Shown: positions 13,693 to 28,179, numbered from the stretch's first letter. The stretch: DNA of 64,000 bases from Octopus vulgaris (GCA_951406725.2 OX597814.1:225184001-225248000); one strand, 5' to 3'. The notes: generated by a model not told the origin, from the sequence alone. Program-made: numbers and translations.

Positions 13693-14864
13693 ATGTCAGC
13701 TACCTACGGATCGAAACTGAGATCTGCAAGAAGGGCTTCTCATCAAGATGATGGTCCTACCAATAGTCAGCTCAACGAGCAGTTGCTGTTGCTCAAACAA
13801 GAGGTCGAGCACCTAAAGTCTGTTGTTGCTCTCTTACTAAATAAACAGTCTCCTGTTGACGCAGAGTCACCCTTGATTTCTTCCCTGGAGACGTCCAAAC
13901 CGAAGGGAACAAAATCGAAGCGGCCAAAGAAGGCGAAGGAACCGGCGGTCGTTTCTGCACATGATCGTTCCTGTGCGGATTCTTCCCCATCTGCCTTTTC
14001 GGTCCCAGGAGGTTCCCCAACCGAATTTGAGGAGCGTAGACTCAAACCCACCTGAAGACCGTTGTTCTCCCCAAAATAAGAAACGTAGTCAAAACTCCAG
14101 AGGGGCAGATTTGGCTATGAAACCTGATCCACGATAAAATCTGTTCGGATTCTCCCTCACCTGTCCTTCCCATTAATGCCATTGCTCAACCAATTCTGAA
14201 CGATCTCGATGTGAGTTCATCTGGGGAGTGGCGCTCCCCCAAACCGAAGAAGAGGCAGTGCAGTTCCAAACCAGGCGAGAAAATTATGACCACTAAACCC
14301 ATTCCGATCGACCCCACAGGCCGACATAAGTCTGATGGCTATGAAACCACCCTTTCAAAATCCTCCAATGAAGAATCGAATACCACAGCTCATAGTAGAG
14401 AACATTTTGCCCACTCAAGATCAGCAATAATTTACGGTAAAGCTGAATCCACCCGTGATACAGGCATAAACCGCCTAAAAGATGACATTAATTTTGTTTC
14501 CATTTTGGTTGGAGAATTGTTCTCTGTGAACGAAAAGGTCAGTGTCCTTAAGGTCGCTCGGCTAGGAAGATTCCAAGCGAACCCAACCGCAGATACTAGA
14601 CCACGCCCAATAAGGGTAATCTTTTCTTCTGATCGGGAGGCTTCAGTCTTTCTGAACAGAGCTCAGACGCATGCCTGGGAGGACCCCAATATGGGTTTTC
14701 GCGAGGAATACTCACTAAGAGAGATAATTCGCCGGAGAAACCTGATATCCGAACTAAAGATGAGGAAACAAATGGGAGAGAAGGGTTTACAAATCCAAGA
14801 TGGACAGATAATCAAGTCCTACCTCTGGTCCCATGCTGTAGTGCTGACAGGGAAAGTGATGTGA
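13693..14864 (+). pseudogene. LINE ORF1, interrupted
   Basis: N-terminal coiled coil (EQLLLLKQEVEHLKSVVALL); C-terminal RLGRF...RPRPIRVIF and RRRNLISELKMR..GEKGLQI.DGQII typical of CR1/Jockey-type ORF1; stop and frameshift between 14055 and about 14135. Confidence 0.75.
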
Positions 14865-17750
14865 GGGCAAATCGAAGTGAAGTTGATACCCCCGTCAACG
14901 ATGCTATATCTGATACCCCTTATTCTGCTTGTTCCCCAACTCCCGCCCCTCAGACTTCACAGCTCAGCATCGTCTACACCAACTCGTGCTCCTTATTCCC
15001 AAAGTTCAGTGAACTATTTACACTGGCCATACGTGACTCCCCTGATGTGATAGCTATCACCGAGACTTGGCTGACTCCAGCAGTAAAGGACTCAGAAATC
15101 CACCTGCAGGGCTACGTCCTTTTCAGATGTGACAGAGGAAAAAGGCGAGGTGGAGGTGTTGCTGTGTATGTTAAGTCTGAGCACAAACCGTCCTGCGGTA
15201 TTCTACCCACTAATGCTCAGCCTACAACAAAATTCGATGCCGTCTATTGCAAGCTGAGCCTATCTGAGTTTTGCCTGCTCGTGTTGGCTGTCTACAGGCC
15301 GCCTCTTGCCGACCCCCAGGACAATGCTCATTTACTCGAAGCGATAAGATTCGTTTCAGCTTCGCATGACTGTTTGGTACTAGGAGACTTCAACGCTCCC
15401 ATGATCGATTGGCCCGCATCAATTTGTACAACATCTTCCCGGTTCGGCCAGGCCCTTCTTGACGTGGCTGAAGATTGTTTTCTATCGCAACATGTTGAAT
15501 ATCCGACAAGGCATCGGTCTGAGCAGCAGCCATCTATGCTAGATCTGGTATTCTCCCGCTATCCAAGATCAGTGACAGACGTATCTGTGTGCGCCCCTCT
15601 TGCCAAGAGTGATCATGCGGTCCTGAAGTTCGTCATGCACACAACTTTTTCTGCACCCACGACTACTTCGCTGCCACGTAGAGTCTTCTCTGCAATTAAT
15701 CTTGAAATTCTAACCGAGGCTTCCGCGCTTCTGGACTGGCGATCCCTGATGACGTTGTCCTCAGTTGACGAACTATGGTCATCCCTCAAAGCATATGTAA
15801 TCTGTTTGACTGACCAGGCAGTTCCCGTTGGGCTTCCCAAGAGGAAGAAACACAAGCCCTGGGTGACGAAGAGGGTTAAACGAGAACGTCGACTCAGAGA
15901 TATTGCTTGGGCTGAATTCAAAAATCTGGATTCGACTGCAGCTTTTGAGGTGTACAAAACACAACGAGACCGAGCCGTGAAAATCGAAAAGAAAGAACGC
16001 TTCAGTTATGAATACAAAATCGCGGCAAATGCCAGTAGCAATCCAAAAACCTTCTTTGCCCATGTCCAGCGGAATTCCCACTTGAACAACCAGATTGCAA
16101 CGTTGGTAGACTCAACAGGCGTATCGATTGAGGACCCTTATCAACAGAGTCAATTATTTGCCGAGGCTTTTTCAACTATTTTCAAACAAGATGATGGTCG
16201 TGAACCCCCTCCATTTGATAGATCGGTACCTCCAATGCTTCGATTGGTCATCACGCGGGACGAAGTCAAACGTGTTATTCAAGGCCTCGATGTCAACAAG
16301 GGTCACGGCCCTGACGGCATACACCCACGGGTTATCAAAGCGTTGGCTCCGGTCATCTGCGAGCCCTTAACGCGACTATTCAATATGTCATTGGCGACGG
16401 GTGTTATACCTGCAGACTGGAGAACAGCGATAATCTGCCCAATTTTCAAGAAAGGGGCCGCGAAGACCCGCTTAACTACCGACCGGTTTCCCTTACATCA
16501 ATAATCAGCAAGATGTTCGAAACCATCCTTAAGAAAAGTATGATGCTCCACCTCCTAAACACAGCCTCTATCTCTGATTCCCAACACGGCTTCGTGCCGA
16601 AGAGATCATGCTTGACCAACTTACTAGTAATGGAAGAATTGGTGACGCGCATCCTCGATGATAGTGATGCTGTTGACATCGTTTTACTGGACTTTGCCAA
16701 AGCTTTTGACTCGGTAAACCACCGCCTATTACTTGTCAAGCTTCAAGCATATAGTTTCCATCCGGATATTGTACGATGGGTTGGTGCCTTCCTCTCAGAT
16801 CGCTCCTTCCAAGTCCAAGTTAATGGTTCGCGGTCCGACGTCTCCAGTGCGAGCAGTGGCGTGCCTCAAAGTTCAGTGCTTGGGCCCTTGTTGTTCTTAG
16901 TCTTCATAAATGACTTGCCCGACGACCTCACGCAACACACCCTTCTATTTGCCGACGATATCAAACTGGTCGCTCCTCGCGGTAATATAGAGGATCTTCT
17001 CGTCGATGCCTCCACCAAATTTGGAAGTGGTCTAACGATTGGGACCTGTGTCTGAACGTGTCAAAGTGCTGTCATCTGCCTGTCGGCTCTACTCGTGCAA
17101 CTCAACTTGATCTCGAGCCGGGTCGTCTGCTGCTGGAGAGGACCGATCAGGTAAAGGACCTAGGTATCTTGGTGGATTCCTCCTTTTCGCCTTCGGCCCA
17201 GTGCGTCCATGCTGCCAACAAAGCACGCGGAATTCTGTTCTTGATTCGACGGTCATTCGGAATGCTCACAGCAGCCATATTCCTACCACTCTATGTCACG
17301 CTGGTGAGACCCATATTGGAGTATGGGATTCAAGCCTCTTCTCCTTATCTCCTCAAAGACATACAGCATCTCGAAAGAGTCCAGAAGCTGGCTACCCGCA
17401 TGGTTCATGGTCTCAAAAATTTGTCCTACGAAGAAAGGCTGAGGACGCTCGACCTTTATTCTCTTGAAAAACGCCACCGCCATAGTGATCTCATTCTCGC
17501 CCACAACATCATAAGCGGAAAGTATAACCTCTCGAAAGAGCTGTTCTTCACTCCTGCTCCAGAGCGTCGGCTGCGGGTCATTCCGAAAAGCTCTACCTGC
17601 GACGATTTCATCTCAATCGAAAGAGAGGAGTTTTCTCCGTCCGGGTTGCGGATCCGTGGAACAAGCTGCCAGACGAGATGGTAAAGATGCCGACGACCGC
17701 TTTGTTCAAAGCCTCCCTGGACCTCAAGTGGCCTGAACTCTTTACATGAA
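14861..17750 (+). pseudogene. LINE ORF2 endonuclease-reverse transcriptase with about 3 frameshifts
   Basis: ORFs 14861-16504, 16513-17055 and 17058-17684 join into one EN-RT protein; shifts near 16455, 17000 and 17575. Confidence 0.92.
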
Positions 17751-18441
17751 CACCACCCTGTACTTAACTCCATGTCCCCCTACATGTCCTTGCTATTTGC
17801 TTTTGAGCCAAATTAACTAACTAACTAACTAACATAAGAGTTGGCTTGAGAGTAAACAACAAATTTATATGTTTGCGGTTAGACTCAACCAGATTTCTTA
17901 CTTTATGGGGTCAGTAAATAATGATGAGTCTATTACAACGTTGCCAGCAATGGAGCCTGCTAGATAAGGAGCTAAAATCTCTTTCATACCACACTCTACT
18001 GTCTACAAAAGAGAAAATAGTGGCAAATATAAGCTGGAATGCATTCTTCCCAAACAAAAGAAATTTGAATTCAGTTGATCAGAGGTAGCTGGATCGAAGC
18101 TAAACAAGAAAAAGTAACCGCAACATATCTAAGATCAGCTAAAGTAGACCGCATACTCTTCACAAAAGGGCATTAATAAGCAGAGATTTCAAAATAACTC
18201 CAATATGCGCAATTATTCCGTATGGAGGTTGTAAGCAACTGCTCCTAACAAATGTTATAACATCTACTTATTAACTTCGTGAGTCAGATTTATTGCACTA
18301 AATTTGATATACGATAGCAAGACGTAAAAATTGAGTAAGGGGATTCGTAAGGAACAGAATTCATTCCTAAGTTTACTCATAAGCATAAGCAGTCCCCATT
18401 TCACTGTCAAATAAATCGTAGACCGTCGGTTTCCCTAATGA

Positions 18442-18493
<52 letters not shown>

Positions 18494-19300
18494 TATATAT
18501 GCCATCAGACATGTCAGTGTATGTGTGTGCGTGTGAGGCAGTTCTAGTGACTCATTTCTTTGAAAATACATATACGTATTACTTTCAATCTACGGCGACA
18601 TCCTTCAGCCTATTGATTGGTTGGGTGAGGAAAGGGAACCTGGATTACTTGAACATGAAATACTAATTATCGTGATCATGAAAGACCCTCCGGCAGCACT
18701 CTGACAAGCTCTACACACTGTATCGTCGTCACACCAAAAATAAAATAAAATAAAACTGATCTCGCAAAATGATTCATTCACGGCAAGACTACATCTCTCA
18801 GGATACGCAAATATACCGTGTGATGAGTAGATATCCTACAAGACTTACAGTTGCATTACTCAGTGGGACGTGTGAATCTACAGATGGTGTAGGTCCTGTA
18901 AAACAGTGCTTCAAGCTCACAAAGAAGGCGCTCGAATCTCTGATTTGAAGATTTTAAAAGCGACAATTCAATGGGTCGAATAGACTTATTGTGACTGCAG
19001 AGACGACGGCGACTGACAACGAACGACAGCAAAGACTATAAGAAAAGTTGGAAGTTGGAGACTTAAAGTGTACAAAACATCAAGATGGAGGGAGAGTGAA
19101 GGTTATGGGAAGAGTTATTGTACTAGCTCTACTAAAAGTATTCTGCTGCACCCACAAACATTGATGTACAAGCAGCCCCTTTGATCTACAGTCCCGTAAA
19201 GAGAGAGCATTGATGAAATCTCTACAAATAAGACGAATGATGGATTATACCACATGATGCGTCTGACACTAATTTTGTTTTTGTGCTTCATGCCAGTTTC

Positions 19301-19348
<48 letters not shown>

Positions 19349-20099
19349 ACAGAATTATATGTCGTACCGTAATATTTTCTCTTCAATACCACTTCTGCCT
19401 AGGTTTTGCTTGTAGACAAGAGCTTATTAGTACAAGCATGCAAAAATTAGCACTCAGTAATATTAAAATAATATCCCGGACGTGAATTGGTTTAGTTCTT
19501 TTCGTTGTCCAAAAGCAGAGCTCAAAACTATTTGTTATGTTTATTTCAGTATCAGCTGTCAAATTACAATCTTTTATTTCATCATTATTTTAGCCTGGAA
19601 TGGCATTCGAAGCATTAAGGATTGATTCTACATTTTTCTCCGTCCATATGTGTGTCATCTATCCACAATGCATGATATACTGTATCACGTTCGTCCCTTA
19701 AAAAAAAAACCACAGCTGTATTATTTCTTGCTGGAGATATAAATCTCACTTGTGATTCATCATTTCTTATGCATCGAAACCAAACTGGAGCTGCAGTTTG
19801 ACAGGACATTGTTACTGGCGACCGTATTTGTCTGCCCTTCTAAGCTGGTGAACTAAGGCATCTTTCTTAGTGAGGGATTGATCAGTATCTCAAAACTATG
19901 TGACTCAAATATGCATTCATATATTTCTTATTGGGGGTCTGTAAAGATTAAAAACGGCAGAGTCAACTTTCCATAATTAATAAAATTAAGATACTTTTTA
20001 ACTTTATAAACTTGCCTACTACCACAACGAAAATAGAGGTAGGCTCTGTTTTGTCTTATCGTTAATAAAGGAAGGGGTTCAAAAAGTTTCTTTGATATT

Positions 20100-20800
20100 T
20101 ACTTTACTGTGGGACCAGTATTTGTCTGCTTGAGAATAATTGCACTAAAAAGACATTTTCATTATGAATAAGCTTTTAAATACATTGTAACTCTCACGTG
20201 TATTCTTTTAGAATATCTCTCAGAATCAGAATCCATTTGGGCTATTTCATATGTTTATATCTGATCTCATGAAAACTTCTATAGAAACCATTCTCACGAA
20301 ATTTTCGCCAGTATTGTCAGACACTAATGCTTCTGGAACACTATTTCTGATAAACATAGTTCTTAATACCTACTTATTCCTTCCTCTTTAGTTTTAACTC
20401 ATTATTTTTGGCCACCCAAAGCACGCATTTATTAAGAACAAACAGTCCTTAATTCTAGTCATAAGCGTGAGTCATAAGCACAAGTATCTATTCTCTAATT
20501 TCTTTAAACCAACGTGCACTGTGTCAAGTAATGCTGTCAGACTTATACTTACATGTCATTCCATATTTCCACGGTAACTTGGTCACCATTCTTCTAATTT
20601 CGACCGATTACTTGTTGCTTTTGAGCCGCAAATGTATATAACCATACGTAGGATTTATCATTAATGTCTTCAAACAGGTTGGCAGAACAATTAATACTCC
20701 ATTACACAAGACTCCATCCGCAACTGTTAACTTACTTTTCAATAACTTAAATTGACACTCGGCCATTATGTTCATATTAGCTCCACATCTACTACGTTCT
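20100..20800 (-). mobile_element. Highly degraded Ty3/Gypsy integrase fossil
   Basis: Minus-strand translation LTVADGVLCNGVLIVLPTCLKTLMINPTYG, then FGWPKI, then RNSVPEALVSDN, in the order of the integrase zinc finger and core. Confidence 0.55.
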
Positions 20801-21461
20801 TCTTTTCTTTGTTAAGCTTTTATGAAACACTCATCCACTCAGCGTCTCTTCTATCGCTTTGCCTCCTCACCATCAGTTCATCTATTTCTCATCATTCCTT
20901 CACAAATACTCATTATAGACATCCGTCTCTCTTTATTTCCCTCTTTCTCTTAAAATCCTTATTGTTAATCTTCTATTGGTCAATCTCTGCCAGTTTCTCT
21001 CTCTCTCTCTCTTTCTCATCGATATTCATCTGAATTACTAGCCATCACTCTCTCCCTCTGACACACACACACACACTATTTTCACTTCTATCACTCATTT
21101 TACATGTAACTCTGTCTACTCATCATTCTCTCTCACCCATTACTCTCTCTCTCTCCTATCAGACTCTCTCCCATCACGATTTCTCGCCTATGGTCAAAGT
21201 CACTAATCACTCTCCACCCGCCTCTCTCTCCCTTTCTCTCTCTCTATTTCTCACTCTCTCTCACTCAACTTCCTCTTCGATCATTCCTTCTACTTTTTTA
21301 TCTCTTTGGCTATCACAGCACTTATGGTCTATACAATTCCTTTACCATCAGCTAACATGTGACTCCCTCTCACTCCTTTCTTCTTTTACTCTCTCCTCTC
21401 TCAGTCAACCTCTTAACTTTAGATCTCTTCTCTTACTCATTCTTCTATCATTATTTCATCA

Positions 21462-21817
21462 TGTGGAGGCGCAGTGACCCAGTGGTTAGAGCAGCGGACT
21501 CGCGGTCGTTGGATCGCGGTTTCGATTCCCAGACTGGCGTTGCTATTGAGCGAAAACACCTAAAAGCTCCACGAGGTTCCGGCAGGAGGTGGTGGCGAAC
21601 TCTGCTGTATTCCTTCTCCGCAACTTTCTCTCGCTCTTACTTCCTGTTTCTATTGTACCTGTATTTCAAAGGGCCGGCTTTGTCGCACTCTCTGTCACAC
21701 TGAATCTCCCCGAGAACTATGTTTAGGGTACACGTGTCTGTGGAGTGCTCAGCCACTTGCACGTTAATTTCACGAGCAGGCTGTTCCGTTGATCGGATCA
21801 ACTGGAACCCTCGTCGA
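21462..21817 (+). mobile_element. tRNA-derived SINE, family B
   Basis: GGAGGCGCAGTGACCCAGTGGTTAGAGC...GGTTTCGATTCCC head; matches 26294-26650. Confidence 0.9.
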
Positions 21818-22104
21818 GTGCCACGCTTTCATCATGTCTCACCCCGTTTTACTGAAAATATTCTTCATCTAAAAACACTACAATTGTTTCGAGTCATCCT
21901 CGCGCCTGTAGTTCATAGATGAAATGTTATAGTCATTATCTTACATCTCTGGTGTAGAATGCACTTCCTCGGGTGATCGTTCAAGTAAGTCCCTCGTTAG
22001 ATACTTTCGCCATTTCACTCAGTTTACTAAAGTATACCTAGAGTAGTGTGTCATTCTGGCACTTTACAGACAGAACTAAAGCCGTAGATTCAGAAGGAGA
22101 TGGG

Positions 22105-22136
<32 letters not shown>

Positions 22137-22198
22137 AAGAAAGAGAGAAGATACACTTACAATCAACATACAAAAATCCATTGATAAAAAATACATAG

Positions 22199-22490
22199 AG
22201 CGCAGGAGTGGCTGTGTGGTAAGTAGCTTGCTTACCAACCACATGGTTCTGGGTTCAGTCCCACTGCGTGGCATCTTGGGCAAGTGTCTTCTGTTTGTCC
22301 CCCTAGCATTGCTTGACAACCGATGCTGGTGTGTTTACGTCCCCGTAACTTAGCGGTTCGGCAAAAGGGACCGATAGAATAAGTACTGGGCTTACAAAGA
22401 ATAAGTCCCGGGGTCGATTTGCTCGACTAAAGGCGGGGCTCCAGCATGGCCGCAGTCAAATGACTGAAACAAGTAAAAGAATAAAAGAGT
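22199..22490 (+). mobile_element. tRNA-derived SINE, family C (internal deletion)
   Basis: GCGCAGGAGTGGCTGTGTGGTAAG head; TTGGGCAAGTGTCTT CORE-like motif; tail TGACTGAAACAAGTAAAAGA. Confidence 0.9.
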
Positions 22491-22932
22491 ATAGATAAAA
22501 AGTAGACATGAAAATGACGATAAGCATATAAATACTAATAAAAATAATAAAAGGGTTCGGTTGACTATAAACTTCTATTCTATCCAAAGGTCAGATTATA
22601 AGGAAAAAGAGTTAGACAAATTAGGAAACGGTGAAGGAAAAAAGATAAGGAAGCGATAAGCAGGCTGGGACTGGCCATGGGACCACGTGTCAACTCTTTC
22701 TTTGTCTCACTGACACATTACTCACGGTATAGCTTATTAAACTGAGTGAAATAGCGTGACTATCAAACGAGGGACTTTTTTTTTAACAAATCATCTGAGG
22801 AGATGCATTCTACGCCTGGGATGTAAAGATAATGAGTGCACAACATCTCACCTATGATAATGCGAGAATGCGCCGAAACAATTGTAATGAATTTAAATAA
22901 AGAATCTCGTTAATTCCATTTATTATCGTATA

Positions 22933-23168
22933 CCTATTTCTTTATTACCCACAAGGGGCTAAACACAGAGAGGACAAACAAGGACAGACAAACGGATTAA
23001 GTCGATTACATCAACCCCAGTGTTTCACTGGTACTTAATTTATCGACCCCGAAAGGATGAAAGGCAAAGTCGACCTCGGCGGAATTTGAACTCAGAACGA
23101 AAAGACAGGCGAAATACGGCTACGCATTTCGCCCGGCGTGCTAACCACTCTGCCAGCTCACCGCCTTC
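22933..23168 (-). mobile_element. SINE family A, full length with TSD
   Basis: TSD ATTATCGTATA at 22922-22932 and 23169-23179. Confidence 0.9.
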
Positions 23169-23857
23169 ATTATCGTATATAAACACCTGATGTACATCCA
23201 GTAGCATGTCTGTTTCTGGTGCATGATAACATCAAGCAGTCAATATCTATGTACGAGCTTTCCTTATGAACCTCGTGAAGAGCTTTTGGTCCTTTTAGTT
23301 GGATGTTGTATTTTATAATGATTTTTAAAAAATTTACTGACATCCTGTTTTGATTATTTCATATATCTCTCGTTTAAATATTCCCCATTGTCACCGACCA
23401 TCGTTACCACATAAATTCAACATCTATGAGAGTACTCGATCTACGAAACAAAGCAGCCAAATCTCCATCAAACTACACCCTACAGTATTTTGAAATGCGA
23501 CATGCGTTCGTATATTTCTTAATAAATCGCGCTTCGAAAGTAAAGTGGTGTTGTTTCGGCTAAAAGCTTTTGATTATACGTTCGGTGTGAATTCACTTGA
23601 GCTAAGCGGTGATAATAATTCCATTTCAATTCATCTTTGTGTTCGTAAGTGTTTTGAGTAGAATCCACGTTGGCCGTTTGTTGTGCTTAATCATGCATGA
23701 CGCCAAATACTTGACGAAAATATGTCAAACATTACCCTATTGCTTTAGATCTTTTGAAAGTAATAAACTGTCCCATTCCGTCTGTTGTTTCTTTGCTTCA
23801 TATCAACCGAAACAAACTTTGATAAGAAAAAGTAGCATTTATGTAATAAACTATATA

Positions 23858-23893
<36 letters not shown>

Positions 23894-23909
23894 GTATATA
23901 TATATATAT

Positions 23910-24690
23910 AAATGAACATTGGAGACAACTCAAGGAAGGTAAAAGCTCATCGATTCTGTACCAACACACCGAACAGGAACACGGGGGATCAATTAACAAC
24001 ATAGAAATTAAAATATTGTCCACACATAGAACAGATGCAACAATCAGACAAATTACAGAAGCTACACACGTAATAGAAAATAAACCTAGCCTGAATAGAA
24101 AACTAGAATGGAACACTAGCACACACCACAACATATGACGGTAGAGGATACCGAAAACATAATAAGTACACAGATAAATAAACAAATAGAAATAAATAAC
24201 TATATTATTATTTTTTTGATTTATTATTATTATTATTACTAGTATTGTTGTTATACATACATACATACAAGCATATGTAATGATAATAATAAAGGGATGT
24301 AAACACATGAACAAAATAAGAATAAACAAAAACAACAACAAAAACAAATTACATGAACGTATATAAACAGAAGATACAAATATTACAGGCATCCCCCCCA
24401 CACGCACACTAAATAAACATAGACGCACATAGAGATATAAGCATGCGCAAATGAAGACATACAATAGAAATACAAAATGGCTGACGGTAAGTAAGGAGAG
24501 ACACAAATAAGAAAGAAGAAAACAAAGGACCACTGATGCGGTCACAGGAGTGTGACGAAAGAACTCTGGCCGAAATAAGATTAAGATTAATGTAAAAAAT
24601 AAATAACACTGAAACAAAGTAACACCAAATATATAGTGCGTGGGTTTTTATTGGCTAAACTGGCAAAATGACCATTCCGAAATATAACAA
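23910..24690 (+). mobile_element. Penelope-like element 3' fragment (GIY-YIG C-terminus plus pLTR)
   Basis: NEHWRQLKEGKSSSILYQHTEQEHG...IKILSTH..ATIRQITEATHVIENKPSLNRK fits PLE GIY-YIG C-terminus; CTGATGCG-GTCACA-GGAG-TGTGAC-GAAA at about 24533-24560; flanked by (TA)n. Confidence 0.7.
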
Positions 24691-24776
24691 TATGTATATA
24701 TAATATATATTATGTATATTAATATATATATATAATATATATCTATATACATTATATTATATATATATTACATATA

Positions 24777-24849
<73 letters not shown>

Positions 24850-24907
24850 ATATATATATTACATATATATATAATATATATATTATATATATATGATATA
24901 TAATACA

Positions 24908-25080
24908 TTTGACTGCGGCCATGCTTGAACATGGCGTTTAGTCGAACAAGTCGACCCCAGGATTTATTCTTTGTAAGCCTAGTACTTATTCTAGCGGTCT
25001 CTTTTCCCTAACTGCGAGGTTACAGCGGCGTAGACACGCCGCCATCGGTTGCCAAGCGATAGTGGGGGGCAAACACAGTC
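24908..25080 (-). mobile_element. SINE family C, 3' half
   Basis: Reverse complement of the family C tail (TGACTGCGGCCATGCT...). Confidence 0.8.
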
Positions 25081-25099
25081 ACACAAACGATCACACACG

Positions 25100-25802
<703 letters not shown>

Positions 25803-26293
25803 ATTGCCCGCCAAACATTTATATTCACTGCGGTGTTTATTTTGACCATATCGCGCTTGGAGGTGTTTGGCGTAATTCTGAGTGAGTTGCTATTCTCTGA
25901 CTAACAAAATTGCAAGCAAGTTTTTTGAAGAAATTCTTCAAAATTTTAGGGACATCGTCGTTGCACCAGAGAAGGCCGAGTATTGTAGCTAATATGCCTA
26001 TTAAATCAGGGTGAGAAAATTATTCTCAACAAACATTAGACTTTAGAGTACCATAAGGGTTCTGTCACGTAATTCTTTAAGAAACGATGCTACAGTCTTC
26101 TAGATCATTGAAGGTTGCAACGTGTTCAAATTATTTGAAACTATGATTTCTTTTTTAACCACACATTTGTGTGCTCCAGTAAAAGTTTAACCTGAATTCA
26201 GCTTTTGCAGGTAGTGTCGTTTCTGCTTCTGTTGTTGTTGTTGTTGTTGTTGTTTTGTTGTTGAGATTGTTTCAACTGTCTATATACAGAAAA

Positions 26294-26650
26294 TTCCAGT
26301 GGACGGACTGTTCCAGTTGATCCGATCAACGGAACAGCTTGCTCGTGAAATTAACGTGCAAGTGGCTGAGCACTCCACAGACACCTGTACCCTTAACGTA
26401 GTTCTCGGGGAGATTCAGCGTGACACAGAGTGTGACAAGGCTGACCCTTTGAAATACAGATACAGCAGAAACAGGAATAAAGAGTGAGTGAAAGTTGTGG
26501 TGAAAGAGTACAGCAGGGTTCACCACCACCCCCTGCCGTAGCCTCTTGGGGATTTAGGTGTTTTCGCTCAATAAACACTCACAACGCCCGGACTGGGAAT
26601 CGAAACTGCGATCCTAAGACCCCGAGTCCGCTGGGCCATTGCGCCTCCAC
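26294..26650 (-). mobile_element. SINE family B
   Basis: Reverse complement of 21462-21817. Confidence 0.9.
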
Positions 26651-27609
26651 ATACATACATACATACATACATACATACATACATACATACATACATACAT
26701 ACATACATACATACATACATAAATATATATATGTATGTATATATGTATGCATATATATATGTATTTATATATATATATGTATGTATGTATATATGTATGT
26801 ATGTAATTAAGTATGTATGTATGTATGTATATATATATATATGGGACGGAGAGAAAGACATACCTACGTGTGTGTATGTGTAAATGATATTATTCGAAAG
26901 TATATCTAAGGCCGCGGTGAGGTTTTAAAACAGATCGGATTAATTGCATGGCCTTTCGTGGATGCAAGATTTAATCTAGAAAAGCAAACCATTATTGGTG
27001 AGAGTAGAGCACCTCATAAGAGACTAAAGAACCGGGACATTTAGTACCAACCTTTCATGTTGAGTTAAAATCCCAGCAAGATTAACTTTCATTGGACAGA
27101 CACCAGTGAATTAAATATCAATCATCAGAACATGGGACACGGAGTAAGTTATTGATTGTCCTTTGTACATTAGTCTTTCGACCTGCAAGAAATAGCAGCC
27201 TGTGATTTTTTTTTTTATTTTCCCCCCTAGAGCCTTAAGTAAGGACGCATCGGGTAACGTAGTCCAGCTAACGGAATGGTCACGGCCTAAACGCCTTTGT
27301 TTATGGATCTGCTCAATCAGAAAAGATTAGCTAATAAGCATTAATAGATTTTTATTAGAAATATTAACGCAGACATTTAAGAAAATATTACTTTTATAAT
27401 CAGAAGCAGCACCAATTAGAGGGGGCATAAGCAATGCTATTTACTTCTGGGTGCGGGGAACCAATGCCTTTTATAAAAAAGAGCTGATTTAGAATTTGAC
27501 ATGCAAGAGTTTTGATCTGAAACCGTGTGTTGGAACCAATATTGTTATATTAGGGGAGGGTCGTAATTTATAAAACCTATAAAAATACTCATCAGTTGTT
27601 GCTTGTCTA

Positions 27610-28001
27610 TACTCTTACTCTTTTATCTGTTTCAGTCATTTGACTGCGGCCATGCTGGAGCACCGCCTTTAATCGAGCAACTCGACCCCAGGACTTATTT
27701 TTTGTAAGCCCAGTACTTATTCTACCGGTCTCTTTTGCCGAACCGCTAAGTGACGGGGACATAAACACACCAGCATCGGTTGTCAAGCAATGCTAAGGGA
27801 CAAACACACACACATACACATATATATATATATACATATATACGACGGGCTTCTTTCAGTTTCCGTCTACCAAATCAACTCACAAGGCTTTGGTCGGTCC
27901 GAGGCTATAGTAGAAGACACTTGCCCAAGGTGCCACGCAGTAGGACTGAATCCGGAACCATGTGGTTGGTAAACAAGCCACTTACCACACAGCCACTCCT
28001 T
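27610..28001 (-). mobile_element. SINE family C, full length
   Basis: Reverse complement of 28180-28595. Confidence 0.92.
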
Positions 28002-28179
28002 TCTATTTTCAAAGTAGTTGATGACTCTTTATGTTCCCAAAAATATTTTTCGTCACACCAAGAATTTAAAAGACAAGATTGTACACCCACCGAGACACAC
28101 TGATGTAGCAAAAAATATTATGGAGGACTTAGGCAAATATCACCTGTCTTGCAAAAAAAAAAAAAAAGAAGTGAAATAT

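Larger units (their letters stand above)
13494..17833 (+). mobile_element. Near-full-length CR1-like LINE (5' UTR, ORF1, APE-RT ORF2, short 3' UTR, (TAAC)n tail)
   Basis: Two-ORF layout; EN motifs TETWL, GDFN, SDH; RT motifs LDFAKAFDSV, GVPQSSVLGP, FADD; CR1-type C-terminus LVRPILEY; microsatellite tail; no clear TSD; 5' boundary estimated from composition. Confidence 0.9.

Noticed and set aside
18560-19260. GC-balanced possible retroelement relic (similar case at 54730-55030)
   Set aside because: Could not recover any conserved motif by eye
21462-21535. tRNA gene
   Set aside because: A/B boxes belong to SINE heads followed by SINE bodies; no convincing cloverleaf
23745-24617. 290-aa hydrophobic minus-strand ORF
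   Set aside because: Antisense to the A-rich Penelope fragment; low complexity, no domain
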